Part shown: positions 20,412 to 28,274 of the stretch, in pieces | Numbering within the stretch: the stretch's first letter is position 1 | Layout: each line of letters starts with the position of its first letter | Origin: Bacteroidia bacterium | GTDB lineage: Bacteria > Bacteroidota > Bacteroidia > SXHM01 | NCBI GenBank assembly: GCA_020054035.1 | Contig: JAGVLY010000049.1 | Coordinates: 1-53,394, forward strand | Length of the DNA stretch: 53,394 nucleotides | Reading direction: 5' to 3' | Translations under genes and position numbers: made by a program | The notes under the pieces: model-generated | Databases searched by the model: none | Told to the model about the DNA's origin: nothing | What the model saw: only the letters and a program-made list of their open reading frames with translations

Positions 20412-20861
20412 TTAGCGTAAACGGTCAGCCGAGCGCACCAATTCCTCATCTTGCTTTATAGCGCGGTTGGCAAGAATAACCATCACCAAAGCTGCCAAAG
20501 GGGTAACTAGCATAGGACGGATTTCGGAAGTATAGCCCGCAAGCTCGGGCAGCGATTTTGCGTTTTCGGCAAAATAGAAGATGGCAACAATTAAAGCTGT
20601 AATCAGCAGTGTGGCAATTTTACACAGCAATAGTTGCTGCTTGCGGTTTTTATAAAGAAAAATAATGGCAACCAGCAGAAAAATGCTGAATACATTTAAA
20701 GCAATAGTTGCAAAATAATCAGGGCTTAGTGAGCCAAGCCCGTAGATATAAAACGGCAAAAATTGCCCGTCTTTTTCAAAACCATAAACCGGAAAAATAA
20801 AAAGCTGCACAAGAAAGACAACAGCAAGAGCAAGAAATATAGATTGTTTACGTTGAATCAT
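20412..20861 (-). CDS. DUF4293-like small membrane protein
   Basis: 149 aa. The N-terminus MIQRKQSIFLALAVVFLV and about 4 TM helices match my recollection of DUF4293. Confidence 0.7.
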   Translation of the reverse strand: MIQRKQSIFLALAVVFLVQLFIFPVYGFEKDGQFLPFYIYGLGSLSPDYFATIALNVFSIFLLVAIIFLYKNRKQQLLLCKIATLLITALIVAIFYFAENAKSLPELAGYTSEIRPMLVTPLAALVMVILANRAIKQDEELVRSADRLR

Positions 20862-21028
20862 AGGTTTTAATTTTCGGCAAAGATAGAATTGAGATTAAAA
20901 TGAAGAGGAATCATTTTCCGATACTATTCTATTAAGACAAATAGAATAGTTGATTTGTTAGTAAAAATTAACACCACAAGGGAAATAAAACAGCTATTTT
21001 TGAGCATCGTTTTATTTCCCTTTATATT

Positions 21029-21859
21029 TTGGACTACATACTTCTTTCCTGCAAAATAACTCCTGCTAATCCGGGAATTGATATTGTAACCGCCCAACTG
21101 GCTGATATAGATTTTGAAAGTTTTGAGGAAACCGAACAAGGCGTAAACGCCTACATACAAGAGCGCTATTTTGATGAAGAAAAGGTGAAAGATGTTTTTT
21201 CATCATTAGAAAAAATACAAGTAGAATACGAACAGAAGTTAATCCCCGCCCAAAACTGGAATGCAGTATGGGAAAGTAATTTTGAGCCAGTTATTATTGA
21301 TGATTGTTGTTCTGTTCGTGCGCCATTTCATCCCAAACCTGAAGGTGTAGAATTTGATTTGGTAATAGAACCTAAAATGTCGTTTGGCACAGCACACCAT
21401 GAAACTACATCCTTGATGATTTCTTATTTGTTGAAAACCGATGTAAAAGGAAAAGATGTATTAGACATGGGTTGCGGAACAGCAGTGCTGGCAATACTTG
21501 CCGGTATGAAAGGAGCAAAAAATATAACAGCAATAGATATTGATCCGTGGCCTGTTGAAAATGCAAAAGAAAATGCCCGCAACAATAATGTATCCCCAAT
21601 TGAAGTTATAATGGGAGGAGCGGAGCAACTCGGTAAAAAATCATTTCATGTTATTCTTGCAAACATAAACCGTAATGTGCTTTTAGCTGATATGTCATCC
21701 TACTCAAACGTTTTAAATAAAAACGGAACCTTGTTTCTGAGCGGATTTTATAAAGAAGATTTAGAACAAATTACTAACAGTGCTTCTGAAAATGGTTTGG
21801 AATTTGTTTCTTTCGAGACTAAAAACAACTGGACTGCTGCACAGTATTTAAAAAAATAA
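21029..21859 (+). CDS. prmA: Ribosomal protein L11 methyltransferase
   Basis: FGTAHHETT and VLDMGCGTAVLAI (SAM motif I), with 276 aa overall architecture typical of PrmA. TTG start, uncertain. Confidence 0.85.
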   Translation: MDYILLSCKITPANPGIDIVTAQLADIDFESFEETEQGVNAYIQERYFDEEKVKDVFSSLEKIQVEYEQKLIPAQNWNAVWESNFEPVIIDDCCSVRAPFHPKPEGVEFDLVIEPKMSFGTAHHETTSLMISYLLKTDVKGKDVLDMGCGTAVLAILAGMKGAKNITAIDIDPWPVENAKENARNNNVSPIEVIMGGAEQLGKKSFHVILANINRNVLLADMSSYSNVLNKNGTLFLSGFYKEDLEQITNSASENGLEFVSFETKNNWTAAQYLKK

Positions 21860-21864
21860 TAAAT

Positions 21865-21888
21865 GTCACCCTGAGCGTAGTCGAAGGG
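21865..21888. repeat. REP-like hairpin element GTCACCCTGAGCGTAGTCGAAGGG
   Basis: Short palindrome (CCCT...AGGG) between prmA and the next gene. It shares the GTCAY..GAGCGTAGTCGA core with the element at 18251-18275. Confidence 0.55.
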
Positions 21889-21895
21889 TATTAAC

Positions 21896-24800
21896 ATGTT
21901 CTCAATGAATACTAAAACTTTTAAAACGCTGATATTTTCATTTCTATCAGTTCTTTTTACACAACTGGCTTCAGCCCAAACACCCAAACAATTTACCCAC
22001 GATAAAGTAAAGTTTCTTGCCGAGATGCAGGCTTTCCTTGAATCAAGTAATGAAAAAGAAACCAAGGAGTTCTTTAAAATATTCACACCTGTATGGGAGA
22101 GCACATCCATTTCTGATGCCCAACGCGAACGTATTTATACCTTCTGCGAAACGCTCTTGAAAAAGCGCAAAAAAGCATCAGACTTCAACTTGTATTTGCA
22201 GGCAATTTTAAATTTTGTAAAGTATCAGCAACCTGCAGGAAATTTTGATCCGTGGATGCTTTCATTGGAGAAAACAATTGAAAAAGAAGCGCGTGGAGGT
22301 TTTTCTAAATATCTGGAAATAAGTGCCGGCCTTTTTAAAGATAATACGTTGTATGAATCGCGTGCCGTGCGTTGGGCTGCCGACAACAATAATTATGTTT
22401 TTAGTTTTGATTCTATTCCAGTTATCAGTTTTTCTGCGCTTACATTGGCCTGCCATACCAAAGGAGATAGTTCTGTTATCCTAAGCACCAAAGGAAAATA
22501 TTATCCCACCGAAGAAATATTTAAAGGTGAGAAAGGAAGAGTAACATGGGAGCGTGCCGGTCTTGAACCCGGAAAATGCTATGCCGAATTTGATAATTAC
22601 AAAATTGATGTAACTAAATCACAATACAATATTGATTCCGTTACGTTTCATAACCCTGATTATTTTAAAGATCCTTTGTTTGGTCAACTGACAGATAAAG
22701 TAAAAGCAAATGTTGACGAAGACAATGCTACATACCCTCGTTTTGATTCATATTTAGTAAACCTTCAAATTAAAGATTTGCAAAAAAATGTTGATTACGA
22801 AGGCGGTTTCTCTATGCACGGAGCAAAATTTATTGGGTCAGGAAATAAAGCCAATGATGCCATACTTACTTTTCGTTGGACTAACCCCGATACCAAAATT
22901 GAATACAAACTGATCAAAGCACGTGCAAAGAGTTTTGTAATTAAAAAAGACCGAATTTCAGCGGAGAAGGCTATTGTTACGCTTTATTGGGACAAGGATT
23001 CGTTGTTTCACCCGGGGCTTGAACTGAAGTTTAATATTGAAGACCGCGAGTTAGCACTTATACGCAATGAACAGGGTATGGGAAAAACCCCGTTTTTTGA
23101 TACGTACCACAAAGTGGATTTATATGTGGAAGGTGTTTACTGGAAAATTGACGACCCTGTAATTGGTATGAAAATGATTTCGGGTGGTGCAGAAAGCAAA
23201 GCGTTGTTTGAATCAGCTAATTTCTGGGATGATTTCCGTTACACTAAAATTCAGGGATTGGATGATGTAAATCCGCTTATCAAAATCAAAAAATACTCAG
23301 AGATACGGGGAACTAAAATATTGAACGCCTCTGATATTGCAGGTTATTTTAAAATATCAGACTCCGAAATGCGAGGAACGCTGATGCGCCTTTCTACAAT
23401 GGGCTTTTTGATATACAATATAGAAACAGATGTAGTTACTATTAAAGACCGCCTGTATGACTACATCAATGCTAAATCGCGCAAAACGGACTATGATGTT
23501 ATTCAGTTTAATTCTGTTATCAGTAAATACGATAATGCTTCAATTAACCTCTTGAATTTTGATGTTAAAATAAGAGGTGTGGCTCAGATTTTCTTAAGTG
23601 ACTCTCAAAATGTTTTCATTTTCCCCCGCGAACAGGAAGTTATTCTTCAGAAGAATCGTGATTTCACATTCGATGGTAAAGTGGTGTCAGGCAGGTTTGA
23701 TATTTTCGGGAAAGAGTTCGCCTTCAATTATGACGAGTTTAAGATTGATATGAAGAAAGTTGACTCATTGCGAATGAAAGTTCCTGAAGGCGAACCCGAT
23801 GAATTTGGAAAAGTTAAACTTGTTCCTGTGCGCACGGTGTTGCAGGATCTGGAAGGTGAAGTATTGATAGATCACCCAAATAACAAATCAGGGCTTGAAG
23901 ATTTCCCTAAATATCCTGTATTTAATAGCAAAAAGGAATCGTTTGTTTACTACGACAAAAAATCAATTCAGCGCGGAGCTTATGATAAAGAGCGTTTCTA
24001 TTTCAGATTGGAACCATTTACTGTTGACAGTCTCGACAACTTTACCAAGGAAGGTCTTGCCTTTGATGGTGAATTCATGTCAGCAGGTATTTTTCCGGAC
24101 ATGAAAGAAACACTTAAACTACAACCTGATTTTTCACTTGGTTTTGTTAAAGAAACACCTCCCGGTGGTTATCCTGTATATGGCGGAAAAGGTCAATACT
24201 CTGCTACCATTAGCCTCAGTAATCAGGGCTTGAAAGGTGATGGAACATTGGATTATCTCACATCAACCAGTAAATCAAATGACTTTATTTTTTATCCTGA
24301 CTCTATGAATGCTGTTGCGCAGGATTTTGTGCTGCGCCAGCAAGCAGGAGGAGTGCAATATCCTGAAGCAAGTGGTAAAGATGTAGCGATACATTGGGAA
24401 CCTAAAAAGGAGCATTTTTATGTGACTAAGATCAAGAATCCTATTGATATGTATGCATCGCAAAGTATTTTGCATGGAAGCCTTGATCTCTCTCCAACCG
24501 GTCTTACCGGAAACGGGAAAATGGAATTTGTAAAGTCTGAACTTGAGTCTGAGAAGTTTGTTTACCAGTTAGACGATTTCAGGGCTGATACTTCCAATTT
24601 TAAGCTAAAAGGCTCTGATGCAGCTTCACTGGCATTTTCAACCGATAATGTAAATGCGCATATCAACTTTAAAGAGCGTTGGGGCGAATTCAAATCAAAC
24701 GGGCAAGGTTCATTTGTTGATTTTCCTGAAAACCAATACATCTGTTACATAGACCAGTTCAAGTGGTATATGGATAAAGAGGATATTGAAATTACAACCG

Positions 24801-26365
24801 GAAGTGATCCGAAAAGTCTGGAAATGGGAGGTTCGAAATTTATCTCTGTTCATCCTGCACAAGATTCGTTACAGTTCATTGCACCATCAGCTCACTTCAG
24901 TTTAAAGGATTACACATTGGCGGCTCAGGATGTTAAAAAGATTGATGTAGCCGATGCGGAGATTTACCCGGATGGTGGTGATGTTTTAATTCTTAAACAT
25001 GCACGTATGCAAACGTTGGAAAGCGCTAAAATTATGGCAAACCGCACCACCAAGTACCACAATTTTTATGATGCTACTATAGATATTACTTCACGTAAAA
25101 GTTATAAGGGAAAAGCTACTTATGACTATGTAGATGTAGCAGGCCAGAAGCGAGAGATAAAACTTGATCCGTTGACAGTTGATTCTGCCTTCCAAACTTA
25201 TGGAAGAGGTGATGTAAAAGAAGAGGAAAACTTTACGCTTAGTCCTAATTTTAAATACAAAGGAACAGTTGAGTTGTATGCAAGTAAGCCTAACCTGCGT
25301 TATACCGGTAGCACACGTATTGTTCAAAATTGTGAAGGTATTGGTTCAAGTTGGTTGAAGTTTGATGCGGAAATTGATCCTAAAGAAATTTTTATCCCGA
25401 TTGAGAAAAATCCGCGTGATGCTGCAGGAAAAGCAGTGTCAACAGGTATTGCGTTGCAGAAAGATTCCACTCGCATTTATCCAACATTTTTATCGCCAAA
25501 AATCAATACAGGTGACATAGATATAATTGCAGCAGAAGGTTATTTATTCTATGATAATGCCAGCAAGGAATACCGTATTTCTAATAAAGAAAAGCTGAAA
25601 GGCGCAACGGTTCCCGGAAATTTCATCAGCCTAAGCGAAAATTGCATTGCTACAGGTCAAGGAAAACTTGACCTCGGAATCAATTTAGGGCAGGTTGCAC
25701 TTACTCCCGTTGGTAATGTCTATCACAACATGAATAACGACTCCACCAAATTTGATATTTACCTAGGTGTGGATTTCTTCTTCAATGATGAAAGTATGCG
25801 TATAATGACCGAAAGACTGGCTACTTTCTTCCCGCCTTTAGATGCCGTGTATTATGGTAATAACTATGAAAAAGCCTTGTATGAAATAATGGGTAAAGAA
25901 AAAGGAGATAAAAAACTTGCCGAGATGAATTTATATGGTTCTTACAAAAAATTCCCTGAAGAATTAGGTATGACCTTCTTTTTAACTGATGTAAAATTGG
26001 AATGGAATACCAACACCAGTTCATACCGCTACAAGGGGTACTTTGGTGTTGCCAGCGCCAATAAAGTTGAGCTTAATAAAATGATGTACGGTATGATTGA
26101 GTTGACCAAGAAACGTAGTGGTGATAAACTTGCAATCTATCTTGAGCCAGGAGAAGATACCTGGTATTACTTTGAATATTCAAAAGGTTTGTTGGGCGCA
26201 ATCTCATCGGATCCTAATTTTAATAATCCGATAAAAGATGCCAAACCTGAATCGCGCATGGCAAAAACAAAAGAAGGGGAGTTGCCTTACCAATATAACC
26301 TGAGCTCAGAGATTAAGAAACGAAACTTTGTAAAATCATTTACAGGGGCTGGTGCTGATGAATAG
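21896..26365 (+). CDS. Large secreted protein of unknown function (1489 aa)
   Basis: Uninterrupted ORF with a signal peptide (MNTKTFKTLIFSFLSVLFTQLASAQ, so the ATG at 21905 is an alternative start). No catalytic motif recognised. Confidence 0.85.
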   Translation: MFSMNTKTFKTLIFSFLSVLFTQLASAQTPKQFTHDKVKFLAEMQAFLESSNEKETKEFFKIFTPVWESTSISDAQRERIYTFCETLLKKRKKASDFNLYLQAILNFVKYQQPAGNFDPWMLSLEKTIEKEARGGFSKYLEISAGLFKDNTLYESRAVRWAADNNNYVFSFDSIPVISFSALTLACHTKGDSSVILSTKGKYYPTEEIFKGEKGRVTWERAGLEPGKCYAEFDNYKIDVTKSQYNIDSVTFHNPDYFKDPLFGQLTDKVKANVDEDNATYPRFDSYLVNLQIKDLQKNVDYEGGFSMHGAKFIGSGNKANDAILTFRWTNPDTKIEYKLIKARAKSFVIKKDRISAEKAIVTLYWDKDSLFHPGLELKFNIEDRELALIRNEQGMGKTPFFDTYHKVDLYVEGVYWKIDDPVIGMKMISGGAESKALFESANFWDDFRYTKIQGLDDVNPLIKIKKYSEIRGTKILNASDIAGYFKISDSEMRGTLMRLSTMGFLIYNIETDVVTIKDRLYDYINAKSRKTDYDVIQFNSVISKYDNASINLLNFDVKIRGVAQIFLSDSQNVFIFPREQEVILQKNRDFTFDGKVVSGRFDIFGKEFAFNYDEFKIDMKKVDSLRMKVPEGEPDEFGKVKLVPVRTVLQDLEGEVLIDHPNNKSGLEDFPKYPVFNSKKESFVYYDKKSIQRGAYDKERFYFRLEPFTVDSLDNFTKEGLAFDGEFMSAGIFPDMKETLKLQPDFSLGFVKETPPGGYPVYGGKGQYSATISLSNQGLKGDGTLDYLTSTSKSNDFIFYPDSMNAVAQDFVLRQQAGGVQYPEASGKDVAIHWEPKKEHFYVTKIKNPIDMYASQSILHGSLDLSPTGLTGNGKMEFVKSELESEKFVYQLDDFRADTSNFKLKGSDAASLAFSTDNVNAHINFKERWGEFKSNGQGSFVDFPENQYICYIDQFKWYMDKEDIEITTGSDPKSLEMGGSKFISVHPAQDSLQFIAPSAHFSLKDYTLAAQDVKKIDVADAEIYPDGGDVLILKHARMQTLESAKIMANRTTKYHNFYDATIDITSRKSYKGKATYDYVDVAGQKREIKLDPLTVDSAFQTYGRGDVKEEENFTLSPNFKYKGTVELYASKPNLRYTGSTRIVQNCEGIGSSWLKFDAEIDPKEIFIPIEKNPRDAAGKAVSTGIALQKDSTRIYPTFLSPKINTGDIDIIAAEGYLFYDNASKEYRISNKEKLKGATVPGNFISLSENCIATGQGKLDLGINLGQVALTPVGNVYHNMNNDSTKFDIYLGVDFFFNDESMRIMTERLATFFPPLDAVYYGNNYEKALYEIMGKEKGDKKLAEMNLYGSYKKFPEELGMTFFLTDVKLEWNTNTSSYRYKGYFGVASANKVELNKMMYGMIELTKKRSGDKLAIYLEPGEDTWYYFEYSKGLLGAISSDPNFNNPIKDAKPESRMAKTKEGELPYQYNLSSEIKKRNFVKSFTGAGADE

Positions 26366-26426
26366 TTGTTGTTTGAACGATAAATAATATATTTGCAGCC
26401 CTTTTGCAAAAAAAAGCTTGTTATTC

Positions 26427-26455
26427 GTCATGCTGAACTTATTTCAGCATTTCAC
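26427..26455. repeat. REP-like hairpin element GTCATGCTGAAC..TTCAGCAT upstream of the tRNA
   Basis: 8-bp inverted repeat ATGCTGAA (26430-26437) and TTCAGCAT (26443-26450), with the same GTCAY lead as the elements at 18175, 18275 and 21865. Confidence 0.55.
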
Positions 26456-26492
26456 TAATAAGACCTTTAAGCAAATTAGGGTAACGGAAAAT

Positions 26493-26566
26493 GCACCCGT
26501 AGCTCAACTGGATAGAGCACCTGACTACGGATCAGGAGGCTTGGGGTTCGAATCCCTTCGGGTGCA
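26493..26566 (+). tRNA. tRNA-Arg (anticodon ACG)
   Basis: 74-nt cloverleaf folded by hand. Acceptor GCACCCG/CGGGTGC, D arm GCTC-AACTGGATA-GAGC, anticodon arm CCTGA-CTACGGA-TCAGG, T loop TTCGAAT. The T stem TGGGG/CCCTT has one U-U mismatch and one G-U pair. No encoded CCA. Confidence 0.9.
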
Positions 26567-26570
26567 CAAA

Positions 26571-26615
26571 TTAATATAGTATTTCATAGTAATTAGTTAT
26601 GAAATACTATATTAA
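26571..26615. repeat. Perfect 18-bp AT-rich inverted repeat immediately 3' of the tRNA
   Basis: TTAATATAGTATTTCATA (26571-26588), 9-nt spacer, TATGAAATACTATATTAA (26598-26615). It could be the tRNA terminator or part of the attachment region. Confidence 0.7.
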
Positions 26616-26703
26616 TATCAATAGAATAGCGGGTTTTGCAGGGTTCTATAATACATAATAATAATAAATATATTATTATACTATATTAAGAAATGCCCGT
26701 ATT

Positions 26704-26726
26704 TTGACACAGTAATTGACACAGTA
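26704..26726 (+). promoter_or_regulatory. Direct repeat TTGACACAGTA x2 just upstream of the integrase start
   Basis: Copies at 26704-26714 and 26716-26726 are identical, and the second ends 5 nt before the ATG at 26732. A role as operator or arm-type site is inferred only. Confidence 0.4.
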
Positions 26727-26731
26727 TAAAA

Positions 26732-27904
26732 ATGCCTGTTTTTTCTGTAAAATCATTCATCCGTAGTAAGAAAGGTTGGGGCGGGAAGAAAGATAAGGTA
26801 TATTTTAGGGTCCTTGTAAGCTCCGGCAAGAAGCGATACTCCGCAAATGTAGAAGGTGATGCCCGTTTTTTTAATCCAAAGACGGGAGAATTCAAATCAC
26901 ACAGCCCCGATGTAGGTAAAAATGTAACCATTCAGCAAAAGAAGGGTGATATTTTAAAAATCCTGAACCGGATGGAGCTTGAGATGGGTGAATTTACCAT
27001 CCATGACTTTCATAAAAACTATTATCGGAAGGATGGTGATGCTGCGGATGAAACATTAGTTGACTTTATTAAGGATGAAATAAAGTTGCGGACTAAGAGT
27101 AGCACCAGGACTATTCAGATTTACAAAACTACCATCATGCACTTGGAAGGATTCCGGAAAAGTGTGAAGATTGTTCAAGTGGATTTTGATTTTCTTACCC
27201 GCTTCCATGCTTATTTAATGACTGCCAAGTATGATAAGAGCGGGGAAATGACAAAGCCGCCAATGATTAATAACACAGCTAATATGTATTTGAAAAAGCT
27301 GCGGGTGTTTATCCGTTTGGCTATTAATAAGAAGAAGATGGCTGAAGCCGATTACCCTTTCCGCTTCTATCCTTTAAAGGACGACCCTACTTGGCGGGAT
27401 TTTTTAGAGGAACAACAGGTGCATACTATAATGAACTTGGAAAATTTGAAACCCTATCAGGAAGAAACCCGCAGGCGGTTTGTGTTCCAGTGTTACACAG
27501 GGCTGCGTTTTTCCGACCTGAATATAAAATGGAGCGAGATAAGGGGCGAGTCTATTATACGACCAATGATTAAAGTGAATGAAACGGTTAGTATTCCGAT
27601 TGTGCCGAATGCACGGAAGGTAATAGGACCAACTCCAGAAGATTTAAACCAACGAATTTTTAAACCAATCACCAATCAAAAGTATAATGAGTTCCTGAAA
27701 GAGATAGCAACGCTGGCAAAAATAGATCTCAACCTTACTTCGCACATGGCACGACACACATTTGCAACGCTGGCACTTACTTACGGAATGTCAATAGAAA
27801 CTGTGCAAACTATACTCGGACAAAAATCAGTGAAGACTACACAGATTTACGCGAAGATTGTAAACAAGAAGATTGAAGCGGAGATGAAACGGTTTACCCT
27901 GTAA
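26732..27904 (+). CDS. Tyrosine recombinase / phage-type integrase
   Basis: 390 aa. The C-terminal catalytic region contains GLRFSDL, HMARHTFATLAL and TQIYAKI (R...HxxR...Y). The N-terminal arm-binding/SAM-like region is typical of Bacteroidota integrases. It is adjacent to the tRNA. Confidence 0.9.
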   Translation: MPVFSVKSFIRSKKGWGGKKDKVYFRVLVSSGKKRYSANVEGDARFFNPKTGEFKSHSPDVGKNVTIQQKKGDILKILNRMELEMGEFTIHDFHKNYYRKDGDAADETLVDFIKDEIKLRTKSSTRTIQIYKTTIMHLEGFRKSVKIVQVDFDFLTRFHAYLMTAKYDKSGEMTKPPMINNTANMYLKKLRVFIRLAINKKKMAEADYPFRFYPLKDDPTWRDFLEEQQVHTIMNLENLKPYQEETRRRFVFQCYTGLRFSDLNIKWSEIRGESIIRPMIKVNETVSIPIVPNARKVIGPTPEDLNQRIFKPITNQKYNEFLKEIATLAKIDLNLTSHMARHTFATLALTYGMSIETVQTILGQKSVKTTQIYAKIVNKKIEAEMKRFTL

Positions 27905-27965
27905 TTTTTTTAACACCTGCAATGAATTACGATTACGATACAGGCAAATAGTAATCGTAAGTTTA

Positions 27966-28215
27966 AATTGTCGTTTCAGTGATGCGACAATTCAAAACTT
28001 ACTAAGTTTTATACTATTTATACTATGCAGCCATAGTATATTTTTTGAATTGGCAGGGTTACTTGTAACCCTGAAATTACCGTGTAACCCTAAATTGCTC
28101 AATAATAGCAAGACTTACATAAAAACCATACTTACTATATATAAGTGGTATCAATACCATCGAAAGTGGTATCGAATACCACTTTTTAAATTGTCGCATC
28201 ACTGATACGACAATT
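27966..28215. repeat. ~250-bp cassette bounded by inverted copies of a 27-nt hairpin, with further internal repeats
   Basis: AATTGTCGTTTCAGTGATGCGACAATT (27966-27992) matches the reverse complement of AATTGTCGCATCACTGATACGACAATT (28189-28215) at 26/27 positions. Inside are the hairpin GGGTTAC-TT-GTAACCC (28056-28071), the direct repeat TGTAACCCT(G)AAATT (28064 and 28083), and the palindromes TGGTAT-CA-ATACCA (28146-28159) and AAAGTGGTAT-CGA-ATACCACTTT. Confidence 0.75.
28163..28187 (+). terminator. Candidate intrinsic terminator for plus-strand (integrase) transcription
   Basis: 10-bp stem AAAGTGGTAT/ATACCACTTT, loop CGA, running into TTTTT. It lies about 260 nt after the integrase stop, so the assignment is tentative. 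Confidence 0.4.
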
Positions 28216-28228
28216 AAGAAAATGAAAA

Positions 28229-28250
28229 AGCCCCCGCTTTCGCAGGGGCT
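28229..28250 (-). terminator. Rho-independent terminator of the 914-aa ATPase gene
   Basis: GC-rich hairpin AGCCCCCGC-TTTC-GCAGGGGCT (one internal mismatch) starts 25 nt after the stop at 28275. It is followed on the minus strand by TTTTTCATTTTC. Confidence 0.75.
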
Positions 28251-28274
28251 TCCGTTTCTTATACAATCTTTTAC

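Noticed and set aside
26704-26731. Sigma70-like promoter reading (TTGACA ... TATAAA) in front of the integrase gene.
   Set aside because: The spacer is only 15 nt, and the -10-like box ends 1 nt before the ATG, which would put the transcription start inside the gene. Bacteroidota primary promoters also use TTTG / TAnnTTTG instead. I kept it only as a direct repeat.
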